DNA of 64,000 nt, taken from positions 154,382-218,381 of the IMG/VR virus record IMGVR_UViG_3300031344_000002, one strand, 5' to 3'. Made by a program: the position numbers and the translations under genes. Every line of letters starts with the position of its first letter. The first letter of the stretch is position 1. Of the stretch, positions 1-9,371 are shown piece after piece. Under the pieces are notes generated by a model. The model was not told where the DNA came from. It searched no databases and worked only from the letters and a program-made list of their open reading frames with translations.

Positions 1-330
1 AATACTTATAAAGTAAATCATTGTAATTCTTGTGGTAATGAATGGGAAATGTATAAAACCAAACCAATTTCACGAACTAATATATTAAATGTTGCTTTTA
101 AATATTTGAAAGAAATATTGGAAGACCCAGAAAAAAATAAACAAGATTATAAAATGGAAGCCATACAGGTTTTTGAAAATTCATATGCAGAAACATTGTA
201 TGAACTTAATGTATGGGTGAGAACTGATATTAAATTATCTGTTTTAAGAAAACATTATAAATCAGTATATGACAAATATATATTTCCACAAGTTTCTCAA
301 TCATTTGTTGATAAATATATTAAAGAATGA
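1..330 (+). CDS. Hypothetical protein, 5' end outside the window
   Basis: Frame is open from base 1 (NTYKVNHCNSCGNEWEM...) into ORF 49..330 and contains a CxxC. Confidence 0.7.
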   Translation, partial: NTYKVNHCNSCGNEWEMYKTKPISRTNILNVAFKYLKEILEDPEKNKQDYKMEAIQVFENSYAETLYELNVWVRTDIKLSVLRKHYKSVYDKYIFPQVSQSFVDKYIKE

Positions 331-366
331 TAATATTGAAATAATAATATTTAAAAATAATTTTTT

Positions 367-780
367 ATGGAAAATAAAGAAATAAAGATTAACGTACCTG
401 ATGGGTTTGAAATTGATAAAGATAATTCTACTTTTGAATTAATTAAATTCAAACCTGTTGTAAATAAAGAAGATAATAAATCCAAAGAAATGTCGGATTT
501 ATTATTCTCAATGTTTAATAACACTGTGTGCAAAATTACTGGTGAAAAAGAAATAACTTATTATAAATTAAATGGATATAATCCAAATTCTGATGATAAT
601 GAGTGGTTATTTCAACAGGATTGGAAAAACGGTAGATTATGGGTAAAATATTCACTTATTTGGAAGGTTTTTGAAGAAAGATTTGGTCTTAACTACGACC
701 AAATCAGAGATTTCATTCAAGATTGGGTGGAAACCAACCTAAATTGGAAGGGTTTAACACCAATTCAAGGCGGATATTGA
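367..780 (+). CDS. Uncharacterised phage protein whose C-terminus (VETNLNWKGLTP) is encoded by repeat 1 of the array
   Basis: 137-aa ORF; codons 727-762 coincide with repeat 1; the TGA stop (778-780) lies in spacer 1. Confidence 0.85.
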   Translation: MENKEIKINVPDGFEIDKDNSTFELIKFKPVVNKEDNKSKEMSDLLFSMFNNTVCKITGEKEITYYKLNGYNPNSDDNEWLFQQDWKNGRLWVKYSLIWKVFEERFGLNYDQIRDFIQDWVETNLNWKGLTPIQGGY

Positions 781-959
781 CGACAGCAAAAGGTGGAAAC
801 CAACCTAAATTGGAAGGGTTTAACACCGTTGCCAGTAATGCCCTTGCGGAACTATATGGTGGAAACCAACCTAAATTGGAAGGGTTTAACACCAGAAAAG
901 GATAACTGGTTTTCCTATTGTTTGGTGGAAACCAACCTAAATTGGAAGGGTTTAACACC
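726..959 (+). CRISPR. CRISPR-like mini-array: 4 identical 36-bp repeats, 3 unique 30-bp spacers, no cas genes in window
   Basis: GGTGGAAACCAACCTAAATTGGAAGGGTTTAACACC at 726-761, 792-827, 858-893, 924-959. Spacers 762-791, 828-857, 894-923 are each exactly 30 bp. Paired termini GGTG/CACC and inner stem AAAC/GTTT. The 36/30 geometry and paired ends resemble type VI-B repeats. Confidence 0.85.
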
Positions 960-986
960 AGATAAATAAATTAATAAGAAAAAATT

Positions 987-1551
987 ATGAATAAAATTAT
1001 ATTAAAAATAATTGATAAAAAAATAGTTGAAAAGGATTTCAGTTTGATAACTAAAAAGTTTGAAACTATTGAAGAACAAATTATAGAAACGAAAAAAATG
1101 TATGAATTTGAGAATGATAAAATTCAAATGAATAAAATTATTAAACAAATAAAAAAAATATAAAATTAAAACTATGCAATATCCTTTTGAATTTAGAGAA
1201 TTATTATTAACTGATTTACTTCTTAAAGAATTTGGATTTGTTAAATGGACAGATGATTGTGGAGATTCTAATCATTGTTCAATAACACTTGCAGGGGTGA
1301 AAATTGAAATTCATGAGACCGATGAATTAAGTGATGGTGGTGTAGGTAGTTATGCAGAACCTGAATATTCTTCTGCACATTTTACTGATAAAAATTTTTA
1401 TCCAATATATTTTCTTCATGATTTATATGAATATATGATATCATTTAAAAATGAAGATGTTATATCAGAATTTTTAAAATTATGTAAAAAGAATAATATG
1501 TATAATTATATTGAAACATATATTAATTATAAAACAACATCAAAAAAATAA
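987..1551 (+). CDS. Two hypothetical proteins (987..1163; 1174..1551)
   Basis: Co-oriented, closely packed ORFs; no motif recognised. Confidence 0.6.
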
Positions 1552-1575
1552 CTTTAAATGTTTAGTTTATGAAAA

Positions 1576-2112
1576 GTGGCTATAAAAAGAAAACCCAAAC
1601 AAAAACTTATATCAACAATTGAAATTGAAGTAGCAATTGCAGAACTTTTTGATGTAAGAAAACACATAATTGTTCCAAATATTTCTTGGGGTTTTAATTC
1701 GCACGAAATGGACATGGCACTAATAGCTAAAACAGGTTTCTTAAAAGAAATTGAAATAAAAATAAGTAAATCTGATTTTATAAAAGATTTTAAAAAAAAT
1801 CATCATCATGTTGATAGATTTCATAGAATTAATCAATTTTATTATGCAATGCCATTATATTTATATGAAAAAGTTAAAGAATTAATACCTGAAGATGCTG
1901 GAATTATAACATGCAATAATATTGAATATAGGTCAGGATTTTATGTACGAACAACAATTTTAAGACAAGCAACAAAAATTAAAGATAGTAGAAAACTTAC
2001 TGTTGAAGAACAATTAAATATAGCTAGATTAGGTACAATGAGGATTTTTAAATTAAAAAGAAAATTAATTGTATTAAATAATGACATAAAAAATTTAAAA
2101 ATAGTCAAATAA
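1576..2112 (+). CDS. PD-(D/E)xK-fold nuclease, MmcB-like
   Basis: HEMDMALI...KEIEIKISKSDF resembles the D...ExK catalytic signature. Confidence 0.6.
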   Translation: MAIKRKPKQKLISTIEIEVAIAELFDVRKHIIVPNISWGFNSHEMDMALIAKTGFLKEIEIKISKSDFIKDFKKNHHHVDRFHRINQFYYAMPLYLYEKVKELIPEDAGIITCNNIEYRSGFYVRTTILRQATKIKDSRKLTVEEQLNIARLGTMRIFKLKRKLIVLNNDIKNLKIVK

Positions 2113-2153
2113 TTAAAAATAAATAACTATCTTTGTGTTTTAAATTTTAAATT

Positions 2154-2720
2154 ATGAATGACAAAACAATTTGGAATTATTTCTATGAATGGATTGATTA
2201 CCCACAAGAAGTAGCACATAACCCAATTCCTTATGGAACTGTTTGGTGTTATATATCTTCAACATTTTTAAATGGATTTATTAATTATGTTACTCCAATT
2301 AAATGTTATTTAATTGATAGATATACACCAAATAATGAAAAAGTTGATGATAATCATACAAAAGGCGAATTAAAACAGAAAATTTTATATGGCGAAAATG
2401 AAATGTTTCATACCGAATTAAATTGTTTTAGAGACGATATTGTTATTCTTGCTGAAATTGATGCAGAAGATTATGATTCTAATAATAATAAATTAAATAA
2501 ATTTATGTTTTTTTATTTTGATGAAGATGTTTCGGATTGTTGTATTGGTAAATTTGAAACTAATGATTCGAAAGAAGAAGTTATACAATCAATAATTAAT
2601 TGGTTGGAAAGAGAAAAATTAAATAATATTGGTAGAACAGTTAAAGAACATACTGAGAGTGGAATTATTAATTATACTGAACTTCCATTATCTTTTATCA
2701 AAGGTTGGGTTAAATTTTAA
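2154..2720 (+). CDS. Hypothetical protein
   Basis: 188-aa ORF downstream of TATCTTTG box at 2128-2135. Confidence 0.7.
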   Translation: MNDKTIWNYFYEWIDYPQEVAHNPIPYGTVWCYISSTFLNGFINYVTPIKCYLIDRYTPNNEKVDDNHTKGELKQKILYGENEMFHTELNCFRDDIVILAEIDAEDYDSNNNKLNKFMFFYFDEDVSDCCIGKFETNDSKEEVIQSIINWLEREKLNNIGRTVKEHTESGIINYTELPLSFIKGWVKF

Positions 2721-2732
2721 TGAATATTAAAA

Positions 2733-3326
2733 ATGGAAATAAAAAAATTTAATAATAGACCAAATGACCATATTATGTATGGTTTTGATTCTCAATCATC
2801 AGATGTTAAAATAAGACAGGATTATTGGATAAGCAGGTCTGTTACTACAGTTGGTATTGTATTTGTAATTCCTTCATTTAGTGATATGCAGATTCTTATT
2901 ACTCAAAGGTCAAATAAAATGCGTGACGAAAAAAATAAATATTGTTTACCTTGTGGTTACGTTGATTGGAATGAAACAATTTTTGAATCAATGATAAGAG
3001 AAGTTTACGAAGAAACTAGTTTATATCTTCCAGATTATAAAGATTTGTTAATTACAAATTATAATGAAAAACCAATAGAAATTAGGGATAATCCGGGTAA
3101 TCATCTTCAAAATATATCATTTATATATCTTTCAGTATATGATTTTACTAAAAATAATGAACGTTTTCCAATTGAAATTGAAAAATATTCAGATAAAGAA
3201 ACAAAATTAGTTAAATGGATATCACTTAATAATTTTTATAATAGTTATGATAAAGAACTTAATTGGGCTTTTGGTCATAACGAAACAATAAAAAGAGCAA
3301 TTGAATTTTATAAAATAAATGAATAA
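2733..3326 (+). CDS. Nudix hydrolase
   Basis: Nudix box GYVDWNETIFESMIREVYEETSL. Confidence 0.85.
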   Translation: MEIKKFNNRPNDHIMYGFDSQSSDVKIRQDYWISRSVTTVGIVFVIPSFSDMQILITQRSNKMRDEKNKYCLPCGYVDWNETIFESMIREVYEETSLYLPDYKDLLITNYNEKPIEIRDNPGNHLQNISFIYLSVYDFTKNNERFPIEIEKYSDKETKLVKWISLNNFYNSYDKELNWAFGHNETIKRAIEFYKINE

Positions 3327-3329
3327 AAT

Positions 3330-4980
3330 ATGACTAATTTTAATTCTGATATAGATTGGATTGCTAATAAAATAGCAACAAAACCTATAAATGAAAACAC
3401 AAGAATGGAATTTTTAAATGATGTCAATAATTTAAAATATAGAATTATTTGTTATTTTGAAAATCATATTAATATTGATGATATTAAATTTAATGGATTA
3501 GATGAATATAAGATAAATCCTGCTGATTTATATACTGCTTGTCTAATTAATAAACTTGAACCATTTTCAACTGTTGTAAATAAGAAAGATTATATTGATT
3601 TTATTGGTGGAATTAGAGTTAGAAAAATTGGAGAAATAAATACATATAATTGTGCTAACTTTGATAATTTTTCAATTAAATATTATAATCCATATCAATT
3701 AACTAGATTTGAATATTATTTAATTGAAAATAACAATAGTGATTTTTATGATAATATGGAATATGGACGTTTTTTAAATGAATGGCTTTTTTATTATCGG
3801 TTTCCGTTTACAACAAAATGTAAAGTTTATTTATTATCTGATTATAAAGATATTGGATTTTATTGCAAGGGATTTTGTGATTTAATTGTAATTGATAAAC
3901 TAACCAATGTCGAAAATTTCAAGAAATTTAAAGAAACTTGGGATTATAAAATAATTGAATTTCACGATAATTTGAATTTTTAAAAATTATGTTACAAATT
4001 TTTGATGAAGAATATTCAAATTTACAGCCAGTAATACCGGAAAAAAATGCTGTTGCTGTTTTTAAGATTAAATGTGCAAAAATGGCATTTCAACATCTAC
4101 GTATGGATTTTGTTATAGCATTAAATGAAAAAACTAATAAATTTGCATATTGTTTTAGTGTAAAAGAATGTGAAGATTTTTTTAGTGAATATAATGAAAG
4201 TATTTTTAAAGTAGATGATAGAGTTATGGCTTTTGATGGTGTTGAATGGTCAAAAACTGGTGATTCACCAGAAGGAAATGATAAATTTTATAAACCTGCA
4301 ACAGTAAAATTTATTAGAATTGATAAAATGTCTGGAAGATGGCTTGCTGATATTATTTTCGATTTTGAACAAAAAGATAAAATATTAAGTAGAGGTCATT
4401 TTCAAGATGGATTAAAATTGATTTCTATTGATTATGATAAAATTTAAATAAAATTAAAACTATGAAAAACAAAGAATTGTCAATAAGAGAAATGGTTATT
4501 AAAGCAAATATAGCTTATTTAGATGGAAAAACATTTAAAGATAGATGGAACGAAGAAGATATCACCGATGCTGCTTTAATACGTGAAATAATAATTAATA
4601 ATGAAAATAAATATTATGTTGAAAATTTTAAAGGTGGTATTTTATCTCTTAGAACAAAAATAAAAGAATCTCCAATAACCGAAAAAACTTTATTATCTTT
4701 GGGTTTTGAAAGAGAAGATGTTTCTGCAGAAGAATCGGGTGATGAACCATATTTTTACTTTATATATAATTTAAAAAACGAAAGAGCAATACTAATTTCA
4801 TGTGCAAATGATGAATGTAAAGATTATCCTTATAATGATGATAATGCTGATATAGATTATGATAGTAGATGTAATAATTATACGGTTGAATTCTTTAATG
4901 AAGAAGATGCTGGATATATCGATAATGCAAATGTTCTTGAAAGTTTAGTTAATGCTTTAAAATCTTTGAAAAATAACTAA
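3330..4980 (+). CDS. Three hypothetical proteins (3330..3983; 3989..4447; 4462..4980)
   Basis: Long, tightly packed co-oriented ORFs; no motif recognised. Confidence 0.7.
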
Positions 4981-6464
4981 TGAGCGAAGAATTAATAACA
5001 GATGATGATATTTTAAGTTTCTTAGATGAAGAACCTGAAGAAAAAGTAACGGATAATCAATTATTACTTTCTTCAGGTAAACTTATTACTTTCAATGACC
5101 AACAATTCGAAGCAATTAATAAAATTAAGAAATGGCTTAAAGAGAAAGATAAAACGTTCTTTACACTGGAAGGACAGGCTGGCAGTGGAAAATCGACAAT
5201 TATTAAAAAAATTTTGGATGATTATCGATATGGTGTTGTAGTGTCAGCACCCACGCACAAAGCTAGGAAGGTAATTGAGGATTTTACTGGAATACAAAGT
5301 AAAACTATTCATTCTTTGCTTGGATTAAAACCGGATTGTGAAATTGAGGCGTACAATCCTAACGACCCTAAATTTGCACCAATTGCCCCCTCAAGAATTA
5401 CGGAATATAATTGGGTCATTGTCGATGAAGCGTCACAAATAAATAATGAACTTTTTGAACTTATTAAAGAAAAAGTAAATGATAGTAGAACAAAAATATT
5501 ATTTATGGGAGATGCGTGTCAATGTCCGCCTGTTGGTGAAAAGATTTCGGTTATTTTTAATCAATTAGATATTGAAATTTTTACACTTAATAAAATTGAA
5601 AGACAAAATGTTGGAAATCCATTAATTTTATTATTTAATATATTAAGAAATAATTTAAGCTCAATTGATGGTGGATTTGAAAGAAAAACAAATGTAAATA
5701 AGAAAGGGGAGGGCATAATATTTACGGTTGATAAAAAAGAATTTCGTAAAGCAATGCTTGAGAAATTTTGTTCGGAAGAATTTCAAAAAAATGACGATTT
5801 TTGTAAAACGATTGCATGGAAAAATGATACAGTCATGGCATCAAATAAAATAATTAGAACAGCAATTTTTGGTAATAATACTGAAATTATTAATATTAAC
5901 GAATTATTATTTGGTTACAGAACCATAATGGATGAAAAACAAAGATATAATATTATTGAAAATTCTGCTGATTATCGGGTGGTTGAAAAATCAAATTTAG
6001 AAGAAAATGAATATGGTATAAATGGATATCGTGTAAAATTAAAAGAAGACCTTGCCAGAGGAAAATTTAAATTTCAAGATGTTTTTATTATAAATTCAAA
6101 TAATCATGAAAATTTACATCTTTATGCTCAAATGCATGATTTCTTTAGAGATATGGCAAAAAATAATAAAAAATTGTGGAATAAATATTATGAATTTCGT
6201 AGACAAAATTTATTAATGGAAACAATTGATAAACATCAAAATGGTCAACTTAGAAGTTCTAAAGATATTATCGTTAAAGACATTTCATATGGATATGCCA
6301 TTACGGGGCATAAGAGTCAGGGAAGCACATATAACACGGTTTTCGTTTTAGAATCTGACATAAAAGATAATTGGATGATTCGTGAGCGAAATCAAATTTT
6401 TTATGTAGCCGTAAGTCGTCCAACAACTTGTGCTTATGTCCTTTGTAATAGAATTGATAAATAA
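4980..6464 (+). CDS. SF1B helicase, T4 Dda/RecD-like
   Basis: Walker A GQAGSGKST, DEASQ, GDxxQCPPV, YAITGHKSQGSTY, YVAVSR. Confidence 0.9.
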   Translation: MSEELITDDDILSFLDEEPEEKVTDNQLLLSSGKLITFNDQQFEAINKIKKWLKEKDKTFFTLEGQAGSGKSTIIKKILDDYRYGVVVSAPTHKARKVIEDFTGIQSKTIHSLLGLKPDCEIEAYNPNDPKFAPIAPSRITEYNWVIVDEASQINNELFELIKEKVNDSRTKILFMGDACQCPPVGEKISVIFNQLDIEIFTLNKIERQNVGNPLILLFNILRNNLSSIDGGFERKTNVNKKGEGIIFTVDKKEFRKAMLEKFCSEEFQKNDDFCKTIAWKNDTVMASNKIIRTAIFGNNTEIININELLFGYRTIMDEKQRYNIIENSADYRVVEKSNLEENEYGINGYRVKLKEDLARGKFKFQDVFIINSNNHENLHLYAQMHDFFRDMAKNNKKLWNKYYEFRRQNLLMETIDKHQNGQLRSSKDIIVKDISYGYAITGHKSQGSTYNTVFVLESDIKDNWMIRERNQIFYVAVSRPTTCAYVLCNRIDK

Positions 6465-6553
6465 TTATAATTTTAGAAAAGTATTATAATTATGCAACAA
6501 TTTAAATATTTTTTCGTAATATTGCATAATATTTAATCTTAATTTAATGTATT

Positions 6554-6754
6554 ATGGATAAAACAATTGAATTAAATGGTGATATAATATCATCGGATGA
6601 ACATGTTTTTACAACCAATAATGGTTTAGTAAAAGCAAAAGAATTAAAAATTGATGATGAAATCATTGGTTTTGATGGAAACACCATAAAAATCACGAAA
6701 ATCATGAAATGTGGTAAAAGACCTGACGCACCAATTATTGGTAATACGATTTAA
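6554..6754 (+). CDS. Small stand-alone Hint/intein-like fragment
   Basis: SDEHVFTTNNGLVKAKELKIDDEI resembles intein block B and the following strand; no block A Cys or terminal HN. Confidence 0.45.
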   Translation: MDKTIELNGDIISSDEHVFTTNNGLVKAKELKIDDEIIGFDGNTIKITKIMKCGKRPDAPIIGNTI

Positions 6755-6775
6755 AAACATTAATTTAAAAATATC

Positions 6776-7039
6776 ATGGCAAAGAAAAAAACAAAATCAC
6801 TAGAATTACCCAAATATGTGAGTTTAAAAGGAGTTGCAATGCGTTTAACACCACATGAAGAACAGTATTATAGGCATGCTGGTCAATGGGGAGTTTATTA
6901 TAAAATAGTAGATGGAAAAGTATTTTCGAAATGTCCACACTTACCTTGGATACATAATGTTGAATTAATACCAATAACTGAAGAACAATGGAAAATTGAT
7001 AATCAAGGTTATTTACCTAATGACAAAGAGATTGAATAA
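6776..7039 (+). CDS. Hypothetical protein
   Basis: 87-aa ORF in operon context. Confidence 0.65.
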   Translation: MAKKKTKSLELPKYVSLKGVAMRLTPHEEQYYRHAGQWGVYYKIVDGKVFSKCPHLPWIHNVELIPITEEQWKIDNQGYLPNDKEIE

Positions 7040-7056
7040 ATAATAACATAATAATT

Positions 7057-7542
7057 ATGGAAAGAATAACTGATAAATATGTATTTTTTTATAAATCAAG
7101 AATATCTAATTGGCACATGTGTCAATTTAAGTATAAAGGAATTACATTTTTTAATACCGAACAAGCATTTATGTGGGAAAAAGCAATTTTCTTTGGTGAT
7201 ATGGAAACAGCAAAGAAAATTGTTGAAACTCCAAATCCTGCTGAAAATAAAAAACTTGGTCGCATGGTTAAAAATTTTAATACGGAAAAATGGGATGATG
7301 CTTGTTTTGATTTTATGGTAGCTGTTAATTATGCTAAATTTAGTCAAAACAAATATTCAAAAGAATTGTTATTATCAACTAATGATAAAATACTAGTTGA
7401 AGCGAGTAAATTCGATAAAATATGGGGTATTGGTTTACACTGGAGTGATGATGATGTACTTGATGAAACTAAGTGGCAAGGTAAAAATTTGCTTGGAAAA
7501 GCGTTGATGGTAGTAAGAGAACAATTAAAACAAGAAAATTAA
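7057..7542 (+). CDS. NADAR (YbiA-like) ADP-ribosyl/N-glycosidase
   Basis: SNW...F.NTEQAFMWEKAIFFGD, LVEASKFDKIWGIG, WQGKNLLGKALM. Confidence 0.9.
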   Translation: MERITDKYVFFYKSRISNWHMCQFKYKGITFFNTEQAFMWEKAIFFGDMETAKKIVETPNPAENKKLGRMVKNFNTEKWDDACFDFMVAVNYAKFSQNKYSKELLLSTNDKILVEASKFDKIWGIGLHWSDDDVLDETKWQGKNLLGKALMVVREQLKQEN

Positions 7543-7547
7543 AATTT

Positions 7548-7577
7548 TGTAACAATTTCAATAATTATTCGTATAAT
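7548..7577 (+). promoter_or_regulatory. Representative of dispersed phage promoter-like motif TGTAACA-N13-TTCGTATWAT (about 20 copies)
   Basis: Also + at ~6493, 11732, 16864, 18168, 24075; - at ~39255, 40630, 41630, 46010, 48495, 50090, 52510, 55720, 56010, 56645, 58347, 58811, 60455, 62136; always intergenic and oriented with the downstream gene. Confidence 0.85.
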
Positions 7578-7599
7578 TGCAATATTAATTAAAGTAATT

Positions 7600-8028
7600 A
7601 TGAAAAATAAAAATAATATAAAAGAAGACTCTTCAAAATATTTGATTATTTTGAGGGGTCTTCCTTAACTTGGTTCGGGAAAAAGTTCATTTGCAGAATT
7701 GTTAAATACTAAAGCTATTTGTTGTGCTGATGATTATATTACACGTAATGGTGTATATAATTGGAAACCTGAAACTGTAAATGCTTCACATGAATGGTGT
7801 CAGCGTAAATGCCGTAGATTCATGAAAATTGGCGTTGAACGTATTATTATTGCCAATACAAATACAAGAATGAAAGAAATGCAACCATATTTTGATATGG
7901 GAAAACAATTTGGGTATAAAATTTATTCGGTGATTATTGAAAACAGACATAATGGTACTAATAATCATAATGTACCAGAAAAAACAATTGAAAAGATGAT
8001 AAATCGTTTCGAGATGAAATTAAAATAA
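7600..8028 (+). pseudogene. P-loop kinase/ATPase (AAA_33/PNK-like) with an in-frame TAA inside Walker A
   Basis: Reads ILRGLP*LGSGKSS; removing 6 nt (TAACTT, 7666-7671) restores GLPGSGKS; continues in frame into ORF 7699..8028. Confidence 0.75.
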
Positions 8029-8262
8029 TGAATAGAATTGAAATTAAAACAATAATAAAACCTGAAACAGGAATTGAAATTGCAATTATAAATGATGCTG
8101 ATTTTATTATTGGTGCAAATTGGGGAAAAAGCAAATAGTCTTATTAATGGACTTTTAGTTGAAGGTTATTTAGACCTTTACGTAAAGTTTTTTCATTGTG
8201 ATAATGCAACTGGTGATAAATCACAAGAAAATTATGAATGGTTTAAAAATTTAATTAAATAA
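8028..8262 (+). pseudogene. Hypothetical gene with apparent 1-nt frameshift
   Basis: Frame stops at 8136-8138 just after GGGGAAAAA; the +1 frame stays open to TAA 8260-8262. Confidence 0.45.
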
Positions 8263-8268
8263 TTAATT

Positions 8269-9169
8269 ATGAAAACTGTAAAATTTGAAGAACAGAAAAA
8301 AGAAAAGATTTCAATATTAAGAAATGTTGAAGCAGGTAAAATAGTACGATTTGAACATATTTCTTATGAAGAAGCAATAAAAGATGATTTATTTTATTGT
8401 GTTGTTGGAAAACCTAAAGATAATAGGATTAAATTATTTTGCATAAGTAATGCAGAATTAATTGAAAGAGATGATGATTGGAGAGTGATTGAGCATGAAA
8501 GTAAATTATATGTTAAACCAAACATAATATAAATAAAAATGAGTGATAACTTAGAAAATAAAACTTTTTTTGAAGAATTAAAACAGCAACATATTAATGA
8601 TGGTGGTAAATGTCCAGAAGCATTTGCTATTACCGAATTAATTGAAAATGCAATTCGTAATAAAAATTATAAAATTTATTGTGGTGGTGGTGGTTACGAA
8701 TATAATACTGAAAACGAAATAAAAAAATTTGATATTGTTGTTTGGTTTAGTTGGGGTGGTGACCCTCATTTTCAGGTGTGCATAGATAATTCAGAAGGTG
8801 ATTCTTGTATTTTAATTAATTTTAATGATAAGGGTGAACTTGTTCAAACAATAAAATAATTATGAAAACATTCGTTGATTTTCTTAGAGAGGATGCCCCA
8901 ATTATAACATTTTTGTTTATTATGTTATTACTTCTTATTATTATAGGATTAAATGAATTTTCTTTTAAAAAGAAATAATTATGAAAACAATAACTATTTC
9001 ATTTGATATTAGTGTCCGCATTAAATGGAAATGTCCTCATTGTGGCGCAGAACAAGAAACATTATTTAGTGCTTCACCATATAGAAGTATTGCTGAAGAC
9101 CCGCCTGATGAAATGTGTAAAAAGTGTGAGGAATTTGTAACACTTAATTTTTATAAAAACGAAGAATAA
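8269..9169 (+). CDS. Small hypotheticals (8269..8532; 8539..8859; 8981..9169, the last with CPHC/CKKC zinc-ribbon)
   Basis: Packed co-oriented ORFs. Confidence 0.65.
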
Positions 9170-9187
9170 ATTTTAAAAATTAAATAT

Positions 9188-9316
9188 ATGTTCGAACTAT
9201 TATTGGGTCATCTTTGTGGTGATTTTCTTTTTCAGACGGAAAATATGGCTTTAAACAAAAGTAAAAATACTTTTAAGGGTTGGTATTATGCCATAATTCA
9301 TTGCCTAACTTATTAG
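9188..9316 (+). pseudogene. Truncated DUF3307-like membrane protein
   Basis: MFELLLGHLCGDFLFQ...IIHCLTY* (HxxGDF.xQ...H pattern), cut where the IS right-end fragment begins. Confidence 0.6.
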
Positions 9317-9371
9317 GAGTGATGACTTACGAAGCTCATCCCATCGCCTTTGGCGTGGGTGGGTAGTTCAC
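9302..9371 (+). mobile_element. Orphan IS200/IS605 (tnpB) right-end / omegaRNA 3' fragment
   Basis: Aligns with the tnpB 3' end at 61744-61807 (TGCCTA...GGAGTGATGAC.TA.GAAGC...GGTAGTTCAC); has hairpin CCCATCGCC-TTT-GGCGTGGG. Confidence 0.8.

Noticed and set aside
778-780. Stop-codon recoding that would read through spacer 1
   Set aside because: TGA and TAG end ordinary genes here (e.g. TGA at 328-330), and long genes are intact under the standard code.
713-958. ORFs 713..958 (-) and 723..905 (+) with repeating peptides
   Set aside because: By-products of the 66-bp periodic array; no independent coding evidence.
726-959. Array as a TIGR array or DGR variable region
   Set aside because: Units are one 36-bp constant plus one 30-bp unique block, not dual short spacers; spacers are unrelated to each other rather than adenine variants of a template; no Tas or RT gene recognised in the window.
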